Source of the DNA: Nannocystis pusilla
Lineage (GTDB): Bacteria; Myxococcota_A; Polyangia; Nannocystales; Nannocystaceae
Direction: 5' to 3' (one strand)
Assembly (NCBI RefSeq): GCF_049060185.1
Contig: NZ_JBMEQO010000002.1
DNA: 64,000 nucleotides
This document shows, piece after piece, positions 46,106-56,270 of this stretch. Under the pieces are notes generated by a model. The model had not been told where the DNA came from and did not search any database. It worked only from the letters and a program-made list of their open reading frames with translations. Every line of letters begins with the position of its first letter. The stretch's first letter is position 1. The translations under genes were made by a program, and so were the position numbers.

Positions 46106-46349
46106 GAGGAGGAGGCGGAGCGTCACGACAACGGCGGCGGCCGGCGGCGCATTCCGTCGCGCCTCGGGATAGCACGCACGTCGGCGACGCCCAGCCGCAC
46201 GGCCTTGGCGCCGGACGCAGCGGCGTCGACCGGATCGGCAGCGGCGAGGGCGCGGATGGCGGCGAGCGAGCTCGGCCGTGCGGCGGGGTCCGGTCGACCG
46301 GTGCGACGGCGCGGGTGCGAGGAGGACATGGCGGAGCGGCCATAGCGAT

Positions 46350-46590
46350 CGGGACATGTCACGTCAGGCATGTCCGATACGACATGTCTTCGAGGCGGGG
46401 CAGCCGAACAGTGCGCAGCGACTCCCGCCATGGCGACGCGGCGCGCGGCAGCGTCCAGCGACCCGGGAGCGGGGGCGAGGATGTTCTCGCCGCGCGAGCA
46501 CGGTCGGGTCGCGGCGCCGATCCGGGAAATCATCGGACATGTCTCATGGAGCATGTTTTTATGGACATGCTCTCGCAGCCATGTGAGCGC
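46350..46590. repeat. two 14-bp-phased CATG arrays (3 and 4 units)
   Basis: Cores at 46355, 46369 and 46383 (GGGACATGTCACGTCAGGCATGTCCGATACGACATGTCTTCG) and at 46538, 46552, 46566 and 46580, with an off-phase site at 46545. Confidence 0.85.
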
Positions 46591-46604
46591 AGCAGGGTCG
46601 CGGT

Positions 46605-47584
46605 TCAGCGGTCGCGCGCGGGCGAGAAGCCGGGGCCGGGGTCGGGGCCGATCGGGGTCGGGCTCGGCGGCGGATCGGGCGGCGGCGGCTCGGGGCTGGT
46701 CTGCGGCGCGGCGTCGGCGGTGCCGAGCTCGGTCTCGGCGGTGACGTCTTCGGGCAGCACGGGGGCGTCGTAGGGGCGGAAGCGGGTCTTCCCGGCGCGG
46801 CCGGCGTTGAGGCGGTCGAGCTCGGCGTCGGTGAAGGCCTGCGGCGAGCCGTACGGCGCGACCTGGCGGACGAACGCCTCGATCTTGGCGCGGGCGGTGC
46901 GGGCGACCTCGAGGCGCATGCGATCGACCTCGGTGCGGCGGGTGCTGGTGGGGTCCTCGCACTCCTCCCAGCGCTCGAAGATCCGCCGCTTGCGCTCGGC
47001 GAGCGGCAACTTGGCGTCGCGCCAGACCTCGAGCAGCTGGCCGCCGAGGTCGGCGAGCTCGCTGCGCAGGCGCTGCTTGTACCAGGCGTTGGCGAGGTGG
47101 AAGCGCAGCTGCTCGGTGGCGATCATGAACGCCTGCTTGGCGCTCTTGTGGCGGTTCTTGCGGCGGCCGTCGGCGAGGCCGCCGAAGCGGGCGCCGAAGC
47201 CGACGAGGATCGGGGCGCGGCCGTACGGGGCGGCGTTCCGGGGAACAGGGCGTCTTCGATCACGCCCATGAACCACGGCGGGTGACGTTCGGGCTCGGGC
47301 TCGCGGAGGCGGCGGCGCCACAGGTCGAGGCCGAGGAAGTTGATGTCGGCGGTGCCGCCGTGGTCGCGGAACTCGACCGAACCGTCGGGGTAGATGATGG
47401 CGGTGAAGCCGTCGCCGCGGTGTTTCAGGCGACCGGCGCCGTCAGGCTCGAGGTCGACCGAGGGGCGCGGGATGTTGGGCGGCAGCTTGGCCGGAGCGGC
47501 GTGGACATCCGGCGCGACCGCCAGGCCCAGCACGATCGCGCTCGCGCGGACGAGTCGGGGCAGGGGCGGAAGGCGCGGGCGCAT
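46605..47584 (-). CDS. hypothetical secreted protein, 1 frameshift
   Basis: MRPRLPPLPRLVRASAIVLGLAVAPDVHAAPA signal peptide (ORF 47123-47665). Frame change at about 47230 into the 46605-47321 frame. Pro-rich C-terminus. Confidence 0.4.
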
Positions 47585-47804
47585 CGACGAGCTCCGGCAC
47601 AACACGGCGGGCTGGGCCGGCATTTCTGCGGTCGTCGCCGCCGGGCGTGGACCCTTCGAGTTCATCGCTGAACGCGGTGGCTGTAAAGCGGCGCGGAGGT
47701 CGCTCGGGAGCGCGAGGCTGAGCCGGAGGACCGAGGGGATCGCGGTCGAGGTCGACGCGGGGGAGGTCGCTCGCCGGTGATTGCGAGAGGGGTGTCGCTC
47801 GCCG

Positions 47805-48917
47805 TCAGTCGCGCTGGCCGCGGGTGCGCGGGTCCTTGTAGTAGGCGCGCAAGACCCGGTGATCGGCCTTGCGGGCGCGATTTCGCGCGGCGATGTCGCG
47901 GTCGCGCGCCAGCGAGGCGAGCTCGGCGACCAGCTTGCGGTAGCTGTCGAGGCGCTCGGGCTCGATCTGGCCGCTGGCGGCGGCGGTCACCACGGCGCAG
48001 CCGGGCTCGTGGGCGTGGGTGCAGTCGCGGAAGCGGCAGCCCTCGGCGACCGCGGCGATGTCGGCGAAGGCCTCGGGCACGCTCTCGTCGGCGTTCCACA
48101 GGCCGAGCTCGCGCATGCCCGGGGTGTCGATGACGAGGCCGCCGCGCGGCAGCACCAGGAGCTCGCGGTGGGTGGTGGTGTGGCGGCCCTTGCCGTCGTC
48201 GCGCAGGCCGCCGGTGCTGAGCCGCTCTTCGCCGAGCCAGCGGTTGATGAGCGTGCTCTTGCCGACGCCCGAGGCGCCGATCAGCGCGGTGGTCTGCGGG
48301 CGGGCCACGTAATCGTCGAGCTCGTCCAGGCCCTGGCCGCTGACGCTCGACAGCACGTGGATCGGGATGGTCCGCTCGCCGGCGATGCGGGCGAGCAGGG
48401 GGCGGATGGCCGAAAGGACAGGTTCGGCGCTGTCGACCAGGTCGGCCTTGGTCAGCGCGAGCACCGGGGCGGCGCCGCTGGCGAGGGTGATGGCGAGGTA
48501 GCGCTCGAGCCGGCGCAGGTTGGGCGCCTGGTCGAGCGGGTGGACGATGAAGACGCTGTCGACGTCGGCGGCGACGATCTGCGGGGCGGCGGCGCCGCGA
48601 CCGGCAGCGCGGCGGGTGAGGACGGTCTTGCGCGGGAGGACGGTGTGGATGGTGGCGGTGCCGGCGGCGGCGTGGACGTCGAGCGCGACCCAGTCGCCGA
48701 CGGCCGGCTTCTGCATGGCGTCCTTGGCCGCGGCCTTGCGCAGCTTGCCGGCCAGCTCGCCGCGCAGCTCGCCGGCGGCGGCGAGGACGACGTAGCCGCC
48801 GCGGTGCTCGGCGGCTACGCGACCGGGCAGGTTGCCGTCGCCGCGGTGGGCCGCCCAGGCCGCGGCGGCGTGCTCGTCCCAGCCGAGACGCGCCAGCGGA
48901 TCTGGCGCTTCGGTCAT
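47805..48917 (-). CDS. rsgA: ribosome small-subunit-dependent GTPase A (RsgA/YjeQ)
   Basis: Intact 370 aa. Circularly permuted GTPase motifs (LTKADL then ALIGASGVGKSTL then DTPG). C-terminal zinc knuckle CRFRDCTHAHEPGCAV. Confidence 0.85.
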   Translation of the reverse strand: MTEAPDPLARLGWDEHAAAAWAAHRGDGNLPGRVAAEHRGGYVVLAAAGELRGELAGKLRKAAAKDAMQKPAVGDWVALDVHAAAGTATIHTVLPRKTVLTRRAAGRGAAAPQIVAADVDSVFIVHPLDQAPNLRRLERYLAITLASGAAPVLALTKADLVDSAEPVLSAIRPLLARIAGERTIPIHVLSSVSGQGLDELDDYVARPQTTALIGASGVGKSTLINRWLGEERLSTGGLRDDGKGRHTTTHRELLVLPRGGLVIDTPGMRELGLWNADESVPEAFADIAAVAEGCRFRDCTHAHEPGCAVVTAAASGQIEPERLDSYRKLVAELASLARDRDIAARNRARKADHRVLRAYYKDPRTRGQRD

Positions 48918-50401
48918 GTCTTTTTGCTCATGTTGATGATGACCTTCTTCGACCCGGTATGGATCACCGGGCGCGGGTCGGCGAACTTGCGCACGCAGGC
49001 GACGCCGTCGCCGAACGGGCCCGCGCCCTCGTAGATCGGCTCGATGACGATGCGGCCGGCGCGGTCGATGAAGCCCCACTTGTGGTCGACGCGCACGGCG
49101 GCGAGGCCCTCGCTGAAGCTCTGGGCCAGGTCGAAGCGCGGCTCGATGACCATGCGGCCCTCGCGGTCGATGAAGCCGGTCTTGGCGCCGACGCCGACCG
49201 GGGCCAGGCCCTCGGCGAAGTTGCCGGCGCGGAGGAAGCGGAAGTCGACGGCGGCGGTGCCGCTCTTGTCGCAGTAGCCGTACTGGCCGCTGTCGCCGAC
49301 GGCGGCGAGGTCCTCGTGGAAGTCGCCGGCGTCGGTGAAGCGCGGCTCGATGGCCCAGGCGCCGCTGACGTCGATGAAGCCGAACAGGTCGTCCTGCTGG
49401 ACGCAGGCGAGGCCCTCGCAGAACTCGCCGGCGTAGTCGAAGCCGGCGGGCACGACGACCTGGCCGGCGCGATCGATGTAGCCCCACGCGGGCACGCCCA
49501 TCCGCGACAGCGCGCGGAACGGGGCCCGACCCTCGGCGAAGCGGCCGAGCTGCGAGGCCTGCGGCGGGGCCGGGACGAACGCGCCGGCGCGGTCGCAGTA
49601 GCCGGTCTGGTCGCCGAGCTGCACGCACGCGAGGCCGTCGGCGAAGCTGGCGGCGGCGGCGAAGCGGGCCGGGATGACGAGCTCGCCGCGGACGTCGATG
49701 AAGCCCCAGCCGCCGTCGAGCTTGACCGCCGCGAGACCCTCGCTGAAGCCGAGCGTCAGCGCGTAGGCCGGGGCGATGGCGACCTCGCCGGTGGCGCGGG
49801 CGAAGCCGAAGCGGTCGCCGTCGCGGAACGGCAACAGGCCGCTGGCGTGGGGCAAGGCGAACCGCAGCGACGAGGCGGCGAGCACCTGCCCGCGCGGGTC
49901 GATCAGCAGGAACGCGCCCGGCTCGCCGTGCGGGTTGACGTACGGGAAGTCGATGTTGCGCAGCAGGGCGCCCATCAGCGCGTCTGGCGATTCGGACAGG
50001 TCGGCGCCGGACTCGACGCGGCTGGCGACGCGGTCGAGGAGGGCCACGACTTCCTTCATGCCGATCGGCGCGTCGCCGAGGTAGGTGCCGAACTCGTGGC
50101 CGAGCCGCAACGTGCAGCGCGACTTCTTCTTCGGGCCCTCGAGCACCTCGATCTCGTGCTGGTAGTCGGCCATCGCGTCGCCGTGCAGGCCGGTCGCCGC
50201 CTTGAAGCCGTACTGCGCCAGGCGGCCGAGGATGTCGCCGTAGACCTCGGGCGGCAGCTGCACCTCGCAGTGGCGGCCCTGCGAGGTCCACGTCGCCCGG
50301 CCGTCGGGCTCGAGCGTCAGCGTGTCGACCTCGCTCGAGTGGCGAGAGCCGACGCGATAGACGATCTGGGTCGCACGGCTGAGGGTGCCGGTGGCGTTCA
50401 T
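48914..50401 (-). CDS. WG-containing (KWG/WGxF) repeat protein
   Basis: Intact 495 aa with more than 8 repeats of the ...WG(F/Y)IDR.G..VI.P.F... type. Overlaps rsgA start and follows the ECF sigma gene. Confidence 0.6.
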   Translation of the reverse strand: MNATGTLSRATQIVYRVGSRHSSEVDTLTLEPDGRATWTSQGRHCEVQLPPEVYGDILGRLAQYGFKAATGLHGDAMADYQHEIEVLEGPKKKSRCTLRLGHEFGTYLGDAPIGMKEVVALLDRVASRVESGADLSESPDALMGALLRNIDFPYVNPHGEPGAFLLIDPRGQVLAASSLRFALPHASGLLPFRDGDRFGFARATGEVAIAPAYALTLGFSEGLAAVKLDGGWGFIDVRGELVIPARFAAAASFADGLACVQLGDQTGYCDRAGAFVPAPPQASQLGRFAEGRAPFRALSRMGVPAWGYIDRAGQVVVPAGFDYAGEFCEGLACVQQDDLFGFIDVSGAWAIEPRFTDAGDFHEDLAAVGDSGQYGYCDKSGTAAVDFRFLRAGNFAEGLAPVGVGAKTGFIDREGRMVIEPRFDLAQSFSEGLAAVRVDHKWGFIDRAGRIVIEPIYEGAGPFGDGVACVRKFADPRPVIHTGSKKVIINMSKKT

Positions 50402-50491
50402 CTCGGGGTCCTCGGGGGCCCGACTATAGCGCGGCGGTCCTCCGCAGGAGGCCGGCGAAGCAGCCTCGCGGCCGGCCGCCGGCGCGCGCGC

Positions 50492-51151
50492 TCACGAGCC
50501 GGTCGCGGCCGGGCCGGCGTCGCCGTCGTCGCGGTCGAGGGCGCGGCGGATGCTGGCGGCCCAGCCTTCGAGGTCGGTGAGGGTGGCCTGGAGCTCGGCC
50601 GGCGAGCGGGCCAGCTCGGCGAGGCGGGCCCGCAGCTGGTCCTTGCCGAGGCGCAGCCGGCCGCGCACGGTGCCCTCGGGCACGCTGAGCAGCTCGCTGA
50701 TCTCGCGCCCCGACAGGCCTTCGAAGATGTTGAGCTCGAGCACGATTTGCTGGTCGAGCGGGATCTCTCGCAGCGCCAGCACGAGCAGCTGGGCCTCGCG
50801 CCGGCGCATGACGATCGAGCTCATCGACGACGGCGACAGATCCTTGGCGCACAGCGCCCCGAAGTCGAGCGCCTCGCCCTGACGCTTGTGCTTGGTGCGG
50901 ATGTAGAGGCGCAGCACGTTGAGGGCGATGGCGAAGACGAACCGCTTGAAGCTGGTCTCGCCGCGGAAGCCGTCCTTCGCCTTGGTGCACTCGAGGAAGG
51001 TCTGACTGACGAGGTCGGCGGCGTCGTGCTCGCTCGAGACCTTGTTGCGGAAGAAGCGGGCGATCGCGCCGAAGTGTCGCTTCACCAGCCGCTCTCCCGC
51101 GCCGCGATCGCCGCTGCGCCAGGCCGAGAGCAGTTCCCAGTCGGGGTCCAT
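50492..51151 (-). CDS. RNA polymerase ECF-type sigma-70 factor
   Basis: Intact 219 aa. Region 2 (DLVSQTFLECTKAKDGFRGE) and region 4 HTH (LSGREISELLSVPEGTVRGRL). Confidence 0.85.
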   Translation of the reverse strand: MDPDWELLSAWRSGDRGAGERLVKRHFGAIARFFRNKVSSEHDAADLVSQTFLECTKAKDGFRGETSFKRFVFAIALNVLRLYIRTKHKRQGEALDFGALCAKDLSPSSMSSIVMRRREAQLLVLALREIPLDQQIVLELNIFEGLSGREISELLSVPEGTVRGRLRLGKDQLRARLAELARSPAELQATLTDLEGWAASIRRALDRDDGDAGPAATGS

Positions 51152-51337
51152 GGCGCCTCGATCTTACCTCCGATCGCGCCGCCCGCGGGGCCGCTCCGCC
51201 TGTTATCTTCACTGCGATCCGACGATGTCGACGCCGCCCCACACGCCGCCCGACACGCCTCCCGATGCGAGGGCCGCCCGCGGCGCAGGTGCGGGCACGT
51301 GGGGGACGTCGACGTCCATCGTCTCCACGCGCGCGTC

Positions 51338-54300
51338 ATGGGCCGGCTGTTCGGCGAGCCGGCCGCGCCCACCATGATCGGCCGCTTCCACGTCGAGCGC
51401 CGGCTCGGGGAGGGGCCATGGGCGTCGTGTATGCGGCCGTCGACGCCCAGCTCAATCGCCGCGTCGCCATCAAGCTGCTGCACCCGCACCTCCAGGGCGA
51501 CGACCAGGGTCGCGCCCGCCTGCTGCGCGAGGCCCGGGCGATGGCACGCCTCGAGCACGAGCACGTGGCGCGGATCTACGAGGTCGGCGCGTGGGGCGAC
51601 CAGATCTATATCGCCATGGAGCTCATCGAGGGCGTGACCCTCGAGGCGTGGCTGCGCGAGCGCCCGCGGCCGTGGCAGGAGGTGCTCGCGGTGTACCTGC
51701 AGGCCGGGCGGGCGCTGGCCGCGGCCCACCACGCCGGCCTGCTGCACCGCGACTTCAAGCCCGAGAACGTGCTCGTCGACAGCCGCGACCGCGCGCGCGT
51801 CCTCGACTTCGGGCTCACCTGCGCCCTCGATTTCGGCGAGGCCCTCGACGACGAGCTGATGCCGCTGACGCGCACCGGCAGCATCCTCGGCACGCCGGCC
51901 TACATGGCGCCCGAGCAGCAGCGCACCGGCAACGCCGAGCCACGCTCCGACCAATTCAGCTTTTGCGTGGCGCTGTTCGAAGGTTTGTTCGGTCTGCGGC
52001 CGTTCGGCTCGCTTCCGCGCTTCGGGCAGGTCGAGATCGCGCCCATTCCGCGCGAAAGTCGCGTGCCGTTGCGCGTCCGCCGCGCGATCATCCGCGGCCT
52101 GTCCGAAAAGCCAGCCGAGCGCTGGCCGACGATGGAGGAGCTGCTCGCGGCCCTGCAGCCGCGGCGGCGCTTCTCCGAGAGCCCCGAGCCGGTGCCCGCG
52201 CGGACGTGGCTGATCGCCGGCGGCGCGGCGGCCACCGCGGCGGGGCTGGTCGCGCTCGGGGTGTCGCTGGCGCAGCCCGACGCCGGCGCAGGCGCGGCCG
52301 CGGCCCTGCAAACTCCGGCGCCCGACAGCGCCCCCGCGGACGCGCAGGCCGGCGAGCTGGCAGTCGAGCGCGCGGCCGCGGAGCGCCAGGCCCACGCGCT
52401 GCGGGTCCGCGACGCCGCGTTCTCGCTGCTGCCGCGCGACCCCACCGCCGCCGCTGCTGCTGCGCGAGCTCGACGAGCCGGGCGCGCTGGCCCAGCGCGT
52501 GCTGGCCGAGCCGATCAGCCAGGCGATCCTGCGCGGCCACGACGGCGCGGTGACTGCGGTGCGCTGGATCGAGGCTGTCCCGGGGGACAGGAGCGCGCCG
52601 CCGGCCGGCGCGGTGCCGGGCGCGGTGGGGCTGTCCGCGAGGACAGGTCGAGCGCGAAGGCGGGAGATGTCCGCGAGGACAGGTCGAACGCGCACCGGCG
52701 CGAGGTCGTGCTGGCGAGCGGGGCCGTGGCTGCGGTGACTGTCCCCAGGGACAGATCGAACGCGCACCAGCGCGAGGTCGTGCCGGCGAGCGGGGCCGGA
52801 TCCGCGGCGGCACCTGTCCCCGCGGACAGGTCATCTGCGCACCAGCGCGAAGTCTTGCTGGCGAGCGGGGCCGTCGCTGCGGTGCCTGTCCCCAGGGACA
52901 GGTCGAACGCGCACCCGCGCGAGGTCGTGCTGGCGAGCGGGGCTGGATCTGCGGCGCTCGCTGCTGCGCCTGTCCCCGCGGACAGGTCGATCGCGCACCC
53001 GCGCGAGGTCGTGCTGGCGAGCGGGGCGGTGCCGGTCGCCGGTGCGCCTGTCCCCGGGGACACGTCGGCTGTCCCGCAGGACAGCCCGCGGCCCGCCGCG
53101 GCCGCCGAAGATCTGCGCGGCGCGGTCGAGACGGTCGACGCCGCCGGTAACGTCCGCCGCTTCGCCCTCGCCGGCGGGCCGCCGACGCCGGGGGCAGGCG
53201 GCGCCGCGCCCGATCCGCGGCGCGGCCCCGGCGGCGAGCAGCTCCGCACCGACGCGCGCGGCGGCGTCTCTCTGGTCGCGGTCGATCGGGTCACGCCGTT
53301 GCGGGGCGTCGCCGGTCCGCTCGCGGGGGTCGCCTGGAGCCCCGACGGCGCGCGCGTGGCCGCGGCCGGTCCGCGCGGCGAGGTGTGGGTGGTCGCGGAG
53401 GGGCGCGCGGCCCTGGTCGTCGCTCGCGGTGCGGCCGTCGGCGCGCTGGCGTGGGACCGCAACGGGCGCCAGCTGGCGATCGGCCGCGACGACGGCGGCG
53501 TCGAGGTGTGGCGGGTCGACGGCGCCCCGCGGCGGGTCGCCGCGGTGGTCGGCGACGGCGGCGTCACCGGCCTGGCCCTCGGGACAGGTTGGTTCGCCAG
53601 CGGCAGCGACGACGGCAGCGCGCGGGTGTGGCGGATCGGCGGGACCGCGCGCCCTACGTGCTGCGCGGGCACACCGGGCCGGTGCGGGCGCTGGCGTTCG
53701 CGCCGGTCGGCGTCCGCTTGATCACCGGCAGCGACGACGGCAGCGCGCGGGTGTGGCGGCTGGCGCCGGCCGCCCTGCGCGAGCACGACCTCGGCGCGAC
53801 CGTGCACGCGCTCGCGTGGAGCCCCGACGGCACCGCTCTGGCCGCCGCCGGCGCGCGCAGCGTGTGGCTGCTGCCGACCGACGACGGCCCGGTGCGCCGG
53901 CGCGACCACGCAGGCACCGCGCAGGCGCTGGCCTGGCGGCGCGACGGGCAGGAGCTCGCGGTCGCCGACGACAGCGGCGCGGTCACCTGGATCCCCGCGG
54001 CGAGGGGCGACCCGGCGCGTCAGCGTCGATCGCCGCCCGGTGTCCGCCCTGGCCTGGGACGCTCGCGCCGATCGCCTGGCCGCCGGCGGCAGCGAGGGCG
54101 CGTTCTTCTTCTGGCCTTCGGGACATGACTTCAAGGACATGCTCGATCCGTCCCGCGCGCCGCAGGGCCGCGGGGCCATCACCGCCATGGCGTGGTCGCC
54201 GGTCGACGAGCGGCTGGCGGCGGTCACCGCCTCCGGCTTCGTGCTGGTGCGCGTCGAGCAGACGGTGTTCATCGAGCTCGGCCACCCGCTGCGCGCGCTG

Positions 54301-54767
54301 GCGTGGAGCCTGCCGGCGACGCGCTCGCGGTCGCCGGCGAGGGCAGGACGCTGATCCGCGTGGCGGCCGCCACCGGCGTGCGCACCGAGCTGGGGCGGGC
54401 CTCCGCGGCGCTGACGAGCGTGGCCTGGGACCCGCGCGACGGCTGGATCGTCGCCGGCGCGGCCGACGGCGCGCTCCTCTTCTGGTCGCTGCAGGGCGAC
54501 GCCGGGCCCGAGCTGCTCGCGGGCCACGGCGGCGGCGTCAACGCCCTCGCGTATGACGCCGGCGGCGATCGCCTCGCCTCGGCCGGCGTCGACGGCCGCG
54601 TCGTCGTGTGGCCGCGGCCGGGCGAGGGTTTGCGCGCGCGCCTCGCCGCCGCCACGCACGCGTGCCTCCTGCCCGCGGAGCGCCGGCGCCACCTCGGAGA
54701 AGCCGACGACGTGGCAGAGGCGCGGGCCGGCGCCTGCGAGCGTTCATTTGGTAATTCGAATTACTAA
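51338..54767 (+). CDS. Ser/Thr protein kinase with TM segment, 25-aa tandem-repeat linker and C-terminal WD40 beta-propeller, 5 or more frameshifts
   Basis: MGRLFGEPAAPTMIGRFHVERRLGEG, then a frame change in a G-run at about 51415, then AMGVVYAAVD...HRDFKPENVLV...DFGL...GTPAYMAPEQ (Hanks motifs), then TM WLIAGGAAATAAGLVALGV, then repeats, then 7 or more WD-like blades (GSDDGSARVWR twice, etc.). Further frame changes at about 52450, 53640, 54020 and 54340. Confidence 0.65.
52575..53090. repeat. 6-7 in-frame tandem repeats (72-84 bp) each beginning with the palindrome CTGTCC-N4-GGACAGGTCG
   Basis: Units start at about 52641, 52676?, 52748, 52821, 52893, 52977 and 53055. Consensus ctgtccccRSggacaggtcgaacgcgcaccNgcgcgaggtcgtgctggcgagcggggcc.... 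In the kinase frame they encode (A)VPVPRDRSNAHQREVVLASGA. Confidence 0.85.
54751..54764. other. perfect 14-bp AT-rich palindrome GTAATTCGAATTAC overlapping the kinase stop codon
   Basis: Encodes the last residues ...GNSNY* of the kinase. Strongly AT-rich against an approximately 72% GC background. Confidence 0.6.
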
Positions 54768-55086
54768 ATGATCGAATGAGGCCCGACTGCGGGCGCAATG
54801 CGTGCAGTCGGTCGCGCGGCGGCCTCTCGCCCCCAAGGCTCGCCGGCGACCCGGGCAACCACGCACCGCGGCGGAAAAATCGCCGTCATACGCCTGTTAC
54901 ACGGCTTTCGCGATTTTCTGTCGGGGGCGGTGATCGATCGGGCGGGCGCCGTTACTCGAGTGACAGGTCGGGTCCCGCGGTCGTCGCGGACTTCCCGCCC
55001 CATGCGCCACGGAAGGTGCTCTGCCATGGAGGCTGTCTTTTAGGCCAGGATGGCCAATCCTATTTCTCGCGGTCCGCCCAGGCCGT

Positions 55087-55108
55087 CGCCAGCCTTGTAT
55101 GTCCCATA
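55087..55108. other. perfect hairpin CCTTGTATG-tcc-CATACAAGG (9-bp stem) followed by GGCCGGCC
   Basis: Read directly. Lies about 75 nt upstream of the CDS starting at 55181. Confidence 0.6.
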
Positions 55109-55180
55109 CAAGGCCGGCCTGTAGGACAGCAACGTCGCCGCGCGCCGCAATGACGCGGCCGCGGCCCTCAAGGAGAGCAC

Positions 55181-56178
55181 ATGTCGACAGTACGATCGCA
55201 GGGGCGCCGTTCGCTCCTGATGGTGGGGATCGCATTGTCCCTGGCGATGCCGGCGCCCGCGTGGGCCGGCCAGCCGGGGAATCCACGAATGGATGGAAGA
55301 CCGAATCGGCGGCCGCGCCGGCCGCAGACGACGACACCGTCGTCCTCGACGATTCGCCCGGGCCCGCGAAGAAGAAGAGCGGGAGCGGCAAGAAGAAGGC
55401 CGCGAAGGCGCAGCCGCGCGAGGTGATGATCAAGGCCCAGGTCGAGAAGGCCGAGGCCGAGCGCGCGCCGCTGCAGGACCAGGCGCAGCAGCTGTCCGAC
55501 GCCGGTAACCTCGAGGGTGCCGTCGGCCTGCTCGCTGGCGGAGCCGAGGCCCTGCGCGACCCGGTGCTGCACCTCGCGGCCGCCGACGCCCGGCAGAAGC
55601 TCGCGCGCAAGCGCAGCGCCGACCAGGCCAAGGCCGAGTGGGAGGCCAGCCTGCGCCACATCGACCGCGCGGACGCGTTGCTCGCGGCCAACAGCGGCGG
55701 GGCGGTCGACGGCATCCGCGTCAACCCGGACGACCTCGAGACGATGCACGCGTGGAGCACCGAGCTGCGGACCGCGGCCGACAGCGCGCTGCCGGACCTC
55801 GTGCGGCGCACCAACCCGGTCCGCCGCAACGCCCGCGGCGAGCTGATCGCCGGCTCGATCTTCCTCGCCGGCGGCCTCGCGGCCCTCGGCGTCATGGGCG
55901 GCGGCATCTACCTCAGCAAGTCGGCCGACCGCGAGCTGCCGAAGGCGATGGGCAACGAGGACTACATCGCCCCGCTCGAGGCGCAGAAGAAGCAGGGCGA
56001 CACGATGACCGCCGCGGGCGCGGTCGCCGGGGTCCTCGGCGTCGCGCTCGGCGTCACCCTGGTCGCGCTCGGCGCGACCGACTTCAAGAAGGCGCGCCAG
56101 GAGCAGCTCTCGCGCGTCCGCGTCGCGCCCGCAGTCTCGCCGACCTTCGGCGGCATGTTCCTGTCCGCGCGCTTCTGA
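55181..56178 (+). CDS. hypothetical secreted/membrane-anchored protein with Lys-rich and coiled-coil regions and C-terminal TM helices, 1 frameshift
   Basis: Signal MSTVRSQGRRSLLMVGIALSLAMPAPAWA. Frame change at about 55280. KKKSGSGKKKAAKAQ. C-terminal helices IAGSIFLAGGLAALGVMGGGIYL and AGVLGVALGVTLVALGA. Confidence 0.4.
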
Positions 56179-56270
56179 CCCCTGGCCCGAGGCCGAGATC
56201 GTCGCCCCGGCCCGGGCCCGCGATCCCCCACCTGTCCTACGGGCCACATGTTCCAGGAGCACCTTCGACC

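Noticed and set aside
41750-46343. Very large minus-strand ORFs (901 and 1046 aa) suggesting giant proteins
   Set aside because: They are composites. Only the C-terminal 472 aa of 41750-44455 (DUF1552) and segments of 43168-44721 / 43203-46343 (DUF1592-like) are protein-like; the rest is low-complexity read-through.
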